From an uncultured Candidatus Rokubacteria bacterium (lineage in GTDB: Bacteria > Methylomirabilota > Methylomirabilia > Rokubacteriales > CSP1-6), in assembly GCA_963762145.1 (NCBI GenBank), contig CAVXJS010000021.1, forward strand, positions 992,001-1,056,000: a stretch of DNA of 64,000 nt. Reading direction: 5' to 3'. Positions 50,701 to 58,955 of this stretch are shown piece by piece. The notes beneath the pieces are model-generated. The model did not search any database and had not been told where the DNA came from. It worked only from the letters and a program-made list of their open reading frames with translations. How positions within the stretch are numbered: the stretch's first letter is position 1; each line of letters starts with the position of its first letter. A program made the position numbers and the translations under genes.

Positions 50701-51277
50701 CTTCCTCGAGCCCGCCGCCGCGAAGAACCGAGGCCGGAACGTCGCGGCCTACGCCGCCTGTCTCGTCGTCCTCGGGCACCTGCGGGGAAAAGGGGCGGAC
50801 CCGGTGTCGGCCCACGCCACGCTCGACGAGGCGCTCGAGCTCGCCCGGACCGGAGGCAACGTGCTCCTCGAGGCCTGGGGGCTGACCGAGCTCGCCGAGG
50901 TCGCGCTCGCGACGCATCGTCCGGATATCGTCGACACGTGTATCCGACGGAGCCTCGCCCTGCTCGACCCCGACAAGAAGTGGTACGGGCTGCCGGGCCG
51001 GCTCGAGATCGTGCGCGGCCGGTTCGCGGCCGACAACCGCGGCTGGGACGAGGCCGACGGCCATTTCGAGCGCGCGATCGCGGTCACGCGCGCCTTCGAG
51101 CTTCCCTACGACGAGGCCCGCGCCCACCACGCGGCGGCCCTGGCCGTCTTGCAGCGCGGAGCCGCGGGAGGCCGCGAGCAGGCCGCCCTCGCCCTCGGGC
51201 ACGCCGAAGTGCTCTTCCGCCAGGTCGGCGCCGAGCGCGATCTCGAGACGGTGGCCGGCACGCTCGCGCGCCTGTAG
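47741..51277 (+). CDS. Class III nucleotide cyclase with double zinc ribbon, AAA/STAND ATPase and TPR-like region
   Basis: Four CxxC; VLFCD, FLGDG, GDTTHLAARL; FVGRERD, GEAGVGKSRL, EDLHWID, GNPLFVEE, FKHA. Confidence 0.92.
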   Translation: MICGRCGAENDSGRLFCSACGEALSPSCSRCGFANKALAHFCGGCGAPLGSSPSGGGPEAYTPKHLAERVLTTRSALEGERKRVTVLFCDVVESYRLAEQLGPEGMHETMDQALRLMAEAVHRYEGTVNQFLGDGLMALFGAPVALEQHALRAIYAALGIRDALRAFNERPSARAGAALRVRMGLHSGIVVVGRIGDDLRMDYTAVGDTTHLAARLQAFAEPGDILISDDTARLVEGYVRLDSLGSLAIRGRSEPVVAHRVLGVRASRSRFQVAAERGLTPFVGRERDLRLLKERLARARAGRGQVVSIVGEAGVGKSRLVHEFHRALQGEAITWLEGQCSASGQSVPYHPILHAMRMSFRIEPDDSASRIREKIRRGVRQIAMDPEAVLPVLEMLFGLSVSSEALQRLDPHAKRQRIFETIRALTMAGARLRPLVVVLEDLHWIDTTSEEFLVQLIDSLPGMPLLLLTTHRPGYTPRWTAYSAQIGLDLLETTEVHAMVSHLLGTTEMPSELVELVWEKAEGNPLFVEEIIRSMFERGVLRRDQKQVRWMGTEDIDFPASIQDIVSARFDRIPEPARRTLQVGAVVGRHFSISLLARTVEAPEDVAAHLEVLKQAELVHETQFFPEPEYAFKHAIVQEVVYQSLLVPRRTQLHRLIGEALEEMTPPTLSEHGSALAYHFSRGDVAGKAVKYLIESGDRAAAAFSNREALHLYRQALELHRGGDRAIEAALLHKLGTASLFLGDAAASLRYVEAALEAYQTLGDKRNALRMHLDISRLSTDGYGDAAEEDRARRHLEAVAASVETDDDSLEKGLIYQRAAHLHLHRGQPSTSLAWAHRAVDLFARLAIPMGTSLGTVLTYMGRIDEGVAYNEKNWDAVVTAANPLVIAGLGHELTLTLALALDVPRARAWGEKALPLAMKASPVFEGLLRRPLALTYALSGEVAKGEEACEAILRIERDTQLGCLFEDAASVGFFYARRGQWDRARAFLEPAAAKNRGRNVAAYAACLVVLGHLRGKGADPVSAHATLDEALELARTGGNVLLEAWGLTELAEVALATHRPDIVDTCIRRSLALLDPDKKWYGLPGRLEIVRGRFAADNRGWDEADGHFERAIAVTRAFELPYDEARAHHAAALAVLQRGAAGGREQAALALGHAEVLFRQVGAERDLETVAGTLARL

Positions 51278-51359
51278 CGAAGTTTTCGCCCGGAGAGGAT
51301 CGCGGGCAGGCCGGGCCGGAGGTCCGACGCCGGCCCGCCCGGATCAGGAGCGCTATGGG

Positions 51360-52862
51360 CTAGGCGCTCACCCGATGGACGTAGCCGTAGCGCGCGTTGC
51401 TCCGCATGCCGCCGAGCCTCGCGTACTCGGACTTGATGGCCGCCACCTTGTCGCCGGTGATGGCGCCCTGCGCGGTCTTCATGTCGATCCGGTAGAGCCG
51501 CGCCGAGTTGCGGGCGAAGATCATCGTTTTGACCGGCCCGTCGGCGGCACCGAGCGGGGCGAAGCCGTGCTTCTTCTGCATGTCGGCCGGGATCTCCAGG
51601 CGCCGCATCGCCTCGATCTGCCACTGGGGAGATCCATACCAGAGGGAGTCGGTGCCCCAGATCACGTGATCGGTCCCGAGGCCACGGATCAGCGTGCCGA
51701 CGAACGCGGCGGCAAAGCGCGGGTTGGCCACCGCGGAGTTCGCGAAGGACGTGCCGATCTCCCCGTAGACGTTCTTGACGCCGTACTTGGCCGGGATCTC
51801 GGCCAGCTCGGTCGCCCACTGGATCCGGCCGGTCTTGTCGAACTCGGCCAGCGCATCGTCGGGCTTCTCCAGGAAAGGCCGGAGCGCCCCGTGATAGATC
51901 ACGAAGTTGATCTTCGGCCAGTCCTTGGCCGCCTTGCCCACGTCCCACACCGTGTTGTATTCCCAGACTCCCGGCCACGACTTCTCGTAGTCGGCGGGCA
52001 GCAGGCCCTTGTGGATGCAGACGGTGGTGATGCCGGCCTTGCTGATCCGCTCGTAGAAGGGGTACATCAGCTTGTCGTCGTCGAGCCGCCAGTAGGATTG
52101 CTGCTTGGAGGGGAAGAGCGGGTCGCCGATCGTGTAGCCCTTCCACGAATCGGGCTTGACGGTGGCGATGCAGCGATCCACCTCTTCCATCCAGTTCGCC
52201 TTCTTGGGCGTGAAGACGGAGTGGGCGAGCAGCCGGCGCGAGCCACTGATCTTGTTGATGGACGCGCGGGCCATCGCGATCTGGTCGTTGGTCAGGAAAT
52301 CCCACGCCGGATCGTCGAAGGGGGCCCCGGTCAGCAGGGCCACCTTCGTGTCGCTGTCGACGAAGATCTCCTTGAGGTAGTTCTCGAACTTGAAGCGGGC
52401 CAGGGTGTTCTCGCCCCAGAGGGACGGGTTCCAGTTCTGCTTGGCGTACTTGGCGAGGTCGAGCAGGCCCGCCTGGTTGAAGTCGTCGCGCACGAAGTGG
52501 GTCTGGGCGTCGATGATGAACTGCTTGGAGAGCGCGCCGGCCCGCTGGTTGGCCACCCCGGGGGTCTGGGCCTCGGCCGCGCTCACGTCGAAGAGCGGGC
52601 CGAAGACCTCGTTCATGGCGAGGAAGGCGGCGGCCATCCCGGCGCTCGAGGCCAGGAACTGGCGTCGGTCCATCCCGTGCCGGGGGCCGAGGCCGTCCGC
52701 CAGCTCCTTGATGCGGGCTTCGACGCGCTGCTGATCGCGGGTCTGCGGCAGCGGGATGAACTCGCCGTTGGACACGATCTGGGTGGGGACGGGAGATGCG
52801 AACGATGCGACCTCGGCCGGCGCCGTTCGCGTGAGCTCCTCGTCGCTGAGGTAGTGGGCCAT
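51360..52862 (-). CDS. Amidohydrolase family protein
   Basis: DAQTH, CIHKG, IYHG, WGTDS.WYGSPQWQIEA; internal DRRQFL Tat-like motif. Confidence 0.88.
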   Translation of the reverse strand: MAHYLSDEELTRTAPAEVASFASPVPTQIVSNGEFIPLPQTRDQQRVEARIKELADGLGPRHGMDRRQFLASSAGMAAAFLAMNEVFGPLFDVSAAEAQTPGVANQRAGALSKQFIIDAQTHFVRDDFNQAGLLDLAKYAKQNWNPSLWGENTLARFKFENYLKEIFVDSDTKVALLTGAPFDDPAWDFLTNDQIAMARASINKISGSRRLLAHSVFTPKKANWMEEVDRCIATVKPDSWKGYTIGDPLFPSKQQSYWRLDDDKLMYPFYERISKAGITTVCIHKGLLPADYEKSWPGVWEYNTVWDVGKAAKDWPKINFVIYHGALRPFLEKPDDALAEFDKTGRIQWATELAEIPAKYGVKNVYGEIGTSFANSAVANPRFAAAFVGTLIRGLGTDHVIWGTDSLWYGSPQWQIEAMRRLEIPADMQKKHGFAPLGAADGPVKTMIFARNSARLYRIDMKTAQGAITGDKVAAIKSEYARLGGMRSNARYGYVHRVSA

Positions 52863-52924
52863 GGCGGACCTCCTTCAAGGTGAAGGGGTTGGAGTGAGCT
52901 GCCACAGATTCCGAGCTCGCGACG

Positions 52925-52952
52925 AGCCTAGTCCGAATCAGGGACTTGTCAA
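52925..52952 (-). promoter_or_regulatory. Sigma-70-type promoter
   Basis: TTGACA-16-TAGGCT upstream of the amidohydrolase gene. Confidence 0.6.
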
Positions 52953-52975
52953 GAGCGGCCGCGTCGCGCCGGAAG

Positions 52976-53497
52976 CTACAGCGGCTTGGTCAGCGCTTTC
53001 CCCACGCCGCGCAGGATCTTGTCCGCGGGGCTCAGGACGGTTGACGGCTCCCGACGTGGCGGCGTCGGCGTCGTCGGCGGCGTCGGCGTGGGCGCAGGCG
53101 TAGGAAGGGGTGATGGTCGGGGTGATGGGCCCCGAGTGGGCGGGTCCGATGCCGCCGGAGGCGCCACGACACTGTCCGGCTTGTCACCAATCGACGCCAG
53201 GGTGCTTCCGCCCACTCCCATCGTCAGGATGATGAGCGCGTTGAGCACCCAGTACAGTCCGCGGAGCCACAGGCTCCGGACCGTCAGCTGCGCGACCACC
53301 GCGGCCGCGAAGAGGCCACTGACCACCAATGCCGCGATGCCCACGAACGAGTCGTCCACGTCCAGAATCCCGACGAGACTCTTCGCAATCATCCAGGTTG
53401 CCGCGCCGCAGAAGGCGGGGGTGAGTGTCGACTTCGGATCGATGATGAATGCGCCGGGCACCCGAGCGGCCGTCTGACGACTATCGTCCTGTGCCAT
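52976..53497 (-). CDS. Hypothetical 3-TM membrane protein with Pro/Thr-rich tail
   Basis: SD GAGGAG; DPKSTLTP..., YWVLNALIIL; PTPAPTPTPPTTPTPP. Confidence 0.65.
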   Translation of the reverse strand: MAQDDSRQTAARVPGAFIIDPKSTLTPAFCGAATWMIAKSLVGILDVDDSFVGIAALVVSGLFAAAVVAQLTVRSLWLRGLYWVLNALIILTMGVGGSTLASIGDKPDSVVAPPAASDPPTRGPSPRPSPLPTPAPTPTPPTTPTPPRREPSTVLSPADKILRGVGKALTKPL

Positions 53498-53562
53498 CGC
53501 GACACTCTCCTCTCTGTTCATCGGCCACCGCCGCGGACAGACGAGCTTCGGGGCGCCGGGCC

Positions 53563-54705
53563 CTACGTCATCAGGCCGTAGAACTTCCCCGCGTTCTCGC
53601 AGACGATCTTGCGCACCGTCGCGGCGGGCAGGTGGCCGAACTGCTCCTCGATGTACTTGGAGGACTCCGGCCACACCCCGTCGCCGTGGGGGTAGTCGGA
53701 GCCCCACATCAGCGTGTCCTCGCCGATCTCGTGGATCATCTGGGTGCCGATGCGATCGAACTGGAACGTCGCCTTGCACTGCCGCCGCCAGTAGTCGCTC
53801 GGCTTCATCCGGAGCCCCAGGTCGCGGAAGCGGTCCTCCCACTCGAAGTCCATGCGATCGAGCGCGTAGGGCAGCCAGCCGATCCCGCTCTCGCCGAACG
53901 AGATGCGGATCCGCGGGTAGCGCTCGAGCACCGCGCTGCCGATCACCGCGGCGAGGATGTTGATGAGGTTCATCTGGAACCCCGAGACGCTCGTGAACAT
54001 GGCGGCGCGCTTGGTGAGGCCGGTCGCCTTCTCCCGCACGCTGGGCGGCATCGTCGGGAAGGTGTGGAAGTGCAACGGCAGGCCGACCTCGTTCACCGCC
54101 TGCCAAAGCGGCTCCCACGACGGGTGCCACATGGGCTCCATGTCCCACGAGCACGACAGCTCGAGGCCGCGCAGCCCCATCTTCGCCACCCGATGGATCT
54201 CGCGCACCGCCGCGCCGACGTCGCCGTGAGGCAGGCAGGCCAGCCCGATCTGGCGCGCCGGGTAGTGGCGGCAGAAGTCCACGAGCCAGTCGTTGTAGAT
54301 GCGGAACATCTCGGTGGCCGCCTCGTGATCGCGCAGCCGCGTCGCCGCGCCCAGGATGCCGAAGATGATCTCGGCCTGCACGCCGTCGCGCTCCATGTCC
54401 TGGATCCGCAGCGCCGGATCGGTGGGACGGCGTATCCCCTTCCGGCCGTCATCGTACAGACCGGTGGCCGCCATCACGTCGGCCCGGTAGTGGAGGCCGG
54501 GCACGTACTTCTGGCCGGAGGGCCCGACCCCGCCCACGAGACCGAACGCGGCGCCGTTCTTCGCCACCCAGCACGGGCCGTCGGGCCCCTCGGTGACGTA
54601 CGGCATGCGCTCGCGCAGGGCGGCGGATGCGTTGGCGGTGAAGAGATCGGGCGGGATCCAGGGCATGTCGATGTGGCAGTCGGCGGAGATCCGCGTGTAG
54701 TCCAT
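53563..54705 (-). CDS. Amidohydrolase 2 family protein
   Basis: ISADCH, DMERDGV, YNDWL, LHFH, ESGIGW, WGSDYPH. Confidence 0.92.
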   Translation of the reverse strand: MDYTRISADCHIDMPWIPPDLFTANASAALRERMPYVTEGPDGPCWVAKNGAAFGLVGGVGPSGQKYVPGLHYRADVMAATGLYDDGRKGIRRPTDPALRIQDMERDGVQAEIIFGILGAATRLRDHEAATEMFRIYNDWLVDFCRHYPARQIGLACLPHGDVGAAVREIHRVAKMGLRGLELSCSWDMEPMWHPSWEPLWQAVNEVGLPLHFHTFPTMPPSVREKATGLTKRAAMFTSVSGFQMNLINILAAVIGSAVLERYPRIRISFGESGIGWLPYALDRMDFEWEDRFRDLGLRMKPSDYWRRQCKATFQFDRIGTQMIHEIGEDTLMWGSDYPHGDGVWPESSKYIEEQFGHLPAATVRKIVCENAGKFYGLMT

Positions 54706-54761
54706 GGCGTCCCCCTCTGGCCGGCCATGATAAGCCATCCGGGCGGCCCGCCACGCGGGAC

Positions 54762-54790
54762 TTGACACCGGGGCGCTCCGCCCCCACCGT
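54762..54790 (+). promoter_or_regulatory. Sigma-70-type promoter, probably leaderless transcript
   Basis: TTGACA-17-CACCGT, 6 nt before ATG 54797; no SD. Confidence 0.5.
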
Positions 54791-54796
54791 TGTCGG

Positions 54797-56839
54797 ATGC
54801 CCGCGCCCGCCTCGACCGCCCCCGGGATCCCGGCTCCGCCCGACGGCCGCCTGCGCTGGGCCCTGGAGGTCGGGCCCCTGGCCGCGATCGTGGCGCTGCT
54901 CTGGGCCAAGCTCGTCTACTTCAGCGCGCTCCTTCCCAGCGAGTGGTGGGCGCCGGAAGAAACGATCATCCAGTGGATGCGCCCGGCCTTTCACGTCGTG
55001 ACCGCGGTCCAGGCCCGCCCCGAGGTCCTGGCCGCGACGCTCGCCGGCCTGCTGGTCCTGGTCACCTCCCTGCTGGTCCTGCCGCGCCTGCCCCGGGTGC
55101 TGGCGCTCCTCTTCCTCAACCTGTTCCTGACGTCCCTCGGCATCACCGATCTCGTGCACGTGCGCTTCTACGCCGACGTGGTCTCCCTGTCGGACGTGGT
55201 CATGGCGCCCATGGTCCTGGGGGTGCTCCCGCGCGTCTTCGAGTCGCTCTCGACGCTGAACGCGCTCTACTACCTGGACGTCGTCGCGGGCCTGCTCCTC
55301 CTGCCCTGGTACGTGCGCGCCTGCCGCCGCATCCCCTCCCTGCCGGGCCCGGCCCGAGTCGGGCTCGCGTTCGGCGTGCTCGGCGCGGGTCTCGTCCTCG
55401 CCGTCCCGACCGTGCGGATGGCCTGGCGCATCGGGCCCGCCCTGCTGGGATACTCCAATCCACGGATCGAGCTCGCCGCGTCGATCGGTATCCTGCCCTA
55501 CCACATGGGCGATCTGGCGCTCCGCCTGACCGCGGGGAAGCCGACCATCGGGGAGCCCGAGCGTCAGCGGGTCATCCGGTTCCTGGCCGAGCACGCGCGA
55601 GCCACGCAGGCTCCCTCTCCGCTCTTCGGCGTCGCGCGCGGAAAGAACCTCATCGTCATCAACGCCGAATCCCTGCAGGCGTTCCCGGTGGATCTGCAGA
55701 TCAACGGCCAGCTCGTCACCCCGCGCCTGTCCGCCTTCGCCCGCCAGAGTCTTCACTTCACCCGGTTCCACGATCAGACGCACCTCGGCACCACGTCGGA
55801 CGCCGAGTTCGCGGCCATGCACTCGCTTCACCCGCTGGCGGTCGGCGTGCTCTCCAATCACTTCGCCTATAACAAGCATCGGGGCCTCCCGCGCATCCTC
55901 TCCGAGCACGGGTACATGACGGTCTCGGCGTGCGCGGCCCAGGCCGACTTCTGGAACATGCGGGCGATGCATGGAGGCCTCGGCTTCCAGCGCTCCTACT
56001 TCGAGGACCGCTACCAGATGACGGAGCTCATCGGTCCCTGGCTGGCGGATCACGAGTTCTTCGCCCAGACCACGTCGCTCCTCGCGGCCCAGCCCGCGCC
56101 CTTCATGGCATTCATGCTGACCGCCTCGAACCACCATCCCTACCGCCTGCCTGCCGAGCATCGGGAGCTGGCGCTGGGCGACCTCGAAGGGACCCTGCTC
56201 GGCGACTACCTGCAGTCGGTGCGCTACTTCGATCGCGCCTTCGGCATGTTCATCGATCGCCTGGATGCGGCGGGGCTGCTGGAAACCTCCGTCGTGGTGC
56301 TCTACGGCGACCACCACGGCTTCCTCGGTGATCCGCCCGAGCTCGGTCGCCTCCTCGGCATCGCGGCCCGGGACGAGTACCGGACCCTGCAGGCCCGGAA
56401 GAAGGTCCCGCTGATGATCCGGCTGCCGCGCGGCGAGAAGGCCGGCGTCAGGACCGTGACCGGAGGGCACCTCGACATCGCCCCGACCCTCCTCGCCCTC
56501 CTCGGGATCCCGCACGAGTCCGGGCTGATGCTCGGGCGCGATCTGACCCAGGGCACGAGCTCCCTCGTGGTCTTCCGGGACGGCAGCTTCACCGACGGGA
56601 CGACCTGGTACGCCCACCGCGTCGGGGTCGCGGCCGGCACCTGCTACGCGGTCGTGACGGGCGCGCGAGTCGATTGCGCCGCCAGCACGGCGCAGCGGCG
56701 CGAGGCGCGGGCCCGGCTCGAGGTCTCGGATCTCGTGGTGCGCGGCGATCTCGTCCCGACCCTCATGGCCTCGGGCGTCGGCCGCGGCGGCGACAACCGG
56801 CTCGGGCAAACCAAGGCGCCTCGTCGCGCGGTTCGCTGA
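54797..56839 (+). CDS. LTA synthase / phosphoglycerol transferase family (sulfatase fold) membrane protein
   Basis: About 5 N-terminal TM; NLIVINAESLQ, TSDAEF (catalytic Thr), FWN, SNHHPY, YGDH, DIAPT. Confidence 0.9.
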   Translation: MPAPASTAPGIPAPPDGRLRWALEVGPLAAIVALLWAKLVYFSALLPSEWWAPEETIIQWMRPAFHVVTAVQARPEVLAATLAGLLVLVTSLLVLPRLPRVLALLFLNLFLTSLGITDLVHVRFYADVVSLSDVVMAPMVLGVLPRVFESLSTLNALYYLDVVAGLLLLPWYVRACRRIPSLPGPARVGLAFGVLGAGLVLAVPTVRMAWRIGPALLGYSNPRIELAASIGILPYHMGDLALRLTAGKPTIGEPERQRVIRFLAEHARATQAPSPLFGVARGKNLIVINAESLQAFPVDLQINGQLVTPRLSAFARQSLHFTRFHDQTHLGTTSDAEFAAMHSLHPLAVGVLSNHFAYNKHRGLPRILSEHGYMTVSACAAQADFWNMRAMHGGLGFQRSYFEDRYQMTELIGPWLADHEFFAQTTSLLAAQPAPFMAFMLTASNHHPYRLPAEHRELALGDLEGTLLGDYLQSVRYFDRAFGMFIDRLDAAGLLETSVVVLYGDHHGFLGDPPELGRLLGIAARDEYRTLQARKKVPLMIRLPRGEKAGVRTVTGGHLDIAPTLLALLGIPHESGLMLGRDLTQGTSSLVVFRDGSFTDGTTWYAHRVGVAAGTCYAVVTGARVDCAASTAQRREARARLEVSDLVVRGDLVPTLMASGVGRGGDNRLGQTKAPRRAVR

Positions 56840-56872
56840 GGCGTCGCGCGTCCCGCGTCGCCTCCGGCGCGG

Positions 56873-57604
56873 TCAGCCCTGCAGCCAGCGGTGATAGACG
56901 GGCGTCCAGACGTCGAGGATCACGCGCGGATAGTGCCGGTTCTCCCGGCAGGACGCCGCGGAGCGGCCGTGCGATCCGCAGAAGCGCTCCACATGGTCGA
57001 AGTACCGCGCCGGGTTGCAGGTGCGGCTGCCCGCGCAGGCGCCCCGCTCGACGCCGGTCACCACGCCGCCGCCGTTGTAGCCGGCGAGCGTGAACGCCCA
57101 CCGATCGCGCGGCGTCGCGGCCCACGCGTTGGCCTTCCAGAGACGCCAGTCGAACTCGACCATCGCGGTGAGCGCCCACTTCGGATCGAGCGGGCAGCCG
57201 CTCGACGAGGGGCACGTGGCGCGCACCGACTCCGGGATCAGCCGGTTGATCCACTCGGCGGTCGCGGGCATGAACTGCGCGCACCCGAGGGATCCGCCCG
57301 ACGAGACCGCGGTGCAGTCGAAGCGGCTTTCCTGATGCACCTGCCCGAAGCCGATGGCGGGGTTCTCGGCCATCGCGAAGTGATATTGCCAGGCCTGCAT
57401 CAGGAACGCGCGGTACCGGGCCGCCCCCGGCGGAATCGCCGCCGCCGGCGGCGCGGGCGGCGGCGCGGCCACCTCGGGCGCATTGCCGAGACCCGGCACG
57501 GGACCGATCAGGGCCGTCACCTGCGCGCACGCGGTGACGAGGAGGGCGAGGCCGACCGCGCCGAGCAGTCGCCGGCCCGCGGGGCCCGTGACGAAGGCGC
57601 GCAT
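56873..57604 (-). CDS. Lytic transglycosylase (SLT domain) with lipoprotein signal, phage-endolysin-like
   Basis: Lipobox VTAC; QVHQES (catalytic Glu), GCAQFMPATA, AGYNGG, RENRHYPRVI. Confidence 0.85.
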   Translation of the reverse strand: MRAFVTGPAGRRLLGAVGLALLVTACAQVTALIGPVPGLGNAPEVAAPPPAPPAAAIPPGAARYRAFLMQAWQYHFAMAENPAIGFGQVHQESRFDCTAVSSGGSLGCAQFMPATAEWINRLIPESVRATCPSSSGCPLDPKWALTAMVEFDWRLWKANAWAATPRDRWAFTLAGYNGGGVVTGVERGACAGSRTCNPARYFDHVERFCGSHGRSAASCRENRHYPRVILDVWTPVYHRWLQG

Positions 57605-57903
57605 CAGAACGACGAGGCCACCGCCACGATGAAGGCCGCGATGATCACGCCCCGCTTGATCGAGAGCGCGGCGTAGAGCCAGGCGGACAGGCGCCGCTCC
57701 TCGATCCCCTGCGTCGGGTCCATCGCGGCGCGCAGCATGCTCCCGTGGTCCTCGTAGGGGAAGGCCTGCTGCACGTAGATCAGGCCGATGATCCCGCCGA
57801 GACAGGCGCCGACCGGCTTGTTCGCCACCACGGTCCCGGGCCAGGTGGGATACAGGACGCCGAGACTCCGGAGCGCCACGACCACCCCGATCAGCGCGAC
57901 CAT
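57604..57903 (-). CDS. Putative 2/3-TM holin
   Basis: 99 aa, three hydrophobic segments, K..G.CLGG..G....AFPY and KRGVIIAA; TGATG overlap with the SLT gene. Confidence 0.65.
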   Translation of the reverse strand: MVALIGVVVALRSLGVLYPTWPGTVVANKPVGACLGGIIGLIYVQQAFPYEDHGSMLRAAMDPTQGIEERRLSAWLYAALSIKRGVIIAAFIVAVASSF

Positions 57904-58044
57904 CCACCGGACCCTCCAGATCTCTCAGCAAGTGCGCCACCGGAATCTCCTCATGTCTTGGGGGTGAAGACCCGCACGGTCACGACACGATAGCACCGTC
58001 CGGGGACGCCGTTCCCGGTTAGAATCCCCCGGGAGGAGGCCCCC

Positions 58045-58925
58045 ATGCCCGACACCGTGACGCAGCTCGAAATCGACCGGCGCGTGTTCGATCTCTACGA
58101 CGAGTACTGCCACGGCCGCATCGACCGCCGCGAGTTCCTCCGGCTGGCCGCGCTGGTCACGGGCGGCCTGGCGATGGCGCAGGCGCTGCTGCCGCGCTAC
58201 GCCGCGGCGCAGACCATCTCCTTCACCGATACCCGGATCAAGGCGCAGTACGTGACCTACCCGTCGCCCGGCGGCAATTCCGGACAGATGCGGGGATACC
58301 TGGTGCAGCCCACGGGTCGGGGCCGTTCCCGGCGGTGCTGGTGGTCCACGAGAATCGCGGGCTCAATCCCTACATCGAGGACGTGGCGCGGCGCGCCGCG
58401 GTCGAGGGCTTCGTGGCCATCGCCCCCGACGGCCTCTTCCCGGTCGGCGGCTACCCCGGCAACGACGACGACGGGCGCGCCCTGCAGGCCGGCCTCGATC
58501 AGGCGAAGCTGCGGACCGACATGCTCAACAGCGCGAGCATGCTCAAGTCGCACAAGCTCTCGAACGGCAAGCTGGGCGCCACCGGCTTCTGCTGGGGCGG
58601 CAGCACGGTCAACTTCCTCGCGGTCACGATGGGCGGCGACCTGCAGGCGGGCGTGCCGTTCTACGGCGCGGCGGCCGAGACCGCCGGCGTGCCGAAGATA
58701 AAGGCGCCGTTGCTGATCCAGTACGCCGAGACCGACCAGCGCATCAACGAGATGTGGCCCGCGTTCGAGAAGGCGCTCCAGGCCGCCGGCGTGCCGCACG
58801 AGATGCACATCTACCCGGGCACCCAGCACGGCTTCCACAACAACTCGACGCCGCGCTACCACGAAGCCTCGGCGAAGCTGGCGTGGGACCGCACCATCGC
58901 CTTCTTCAAGAAGCACCTGGCCTGA
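58045..58925 (+). CDS. Dienelactone hydrolase family (YghX-like), frameshift near 58320
   Basis: LYDEYCHGRIDRREFL; VHENRGLNPYIEDVARR, GFCWGG, HGFHN. Confidence 0.88.
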
Positions 58926-58955
58926 TCGACCGTCACGCGATATCGGAGACGACCC

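Noticed and set aside
53055-53135. GGCGTC-type short repeats
   Set aside because: Reverse-strand coding of a Pro/Thr linker
57925-57951. MRRFRWRTC-TGA in frame with the holin as a selenocysteine read-through
   Set aside because: No redox motif context or evident SECIS hairpin; ATG 57903 has its own SD
56873-58000. Prophage
   Set aside because: Only the holin/SLT pair; no integrase, att site, structural or replication genes; flanks are ordinary host genes
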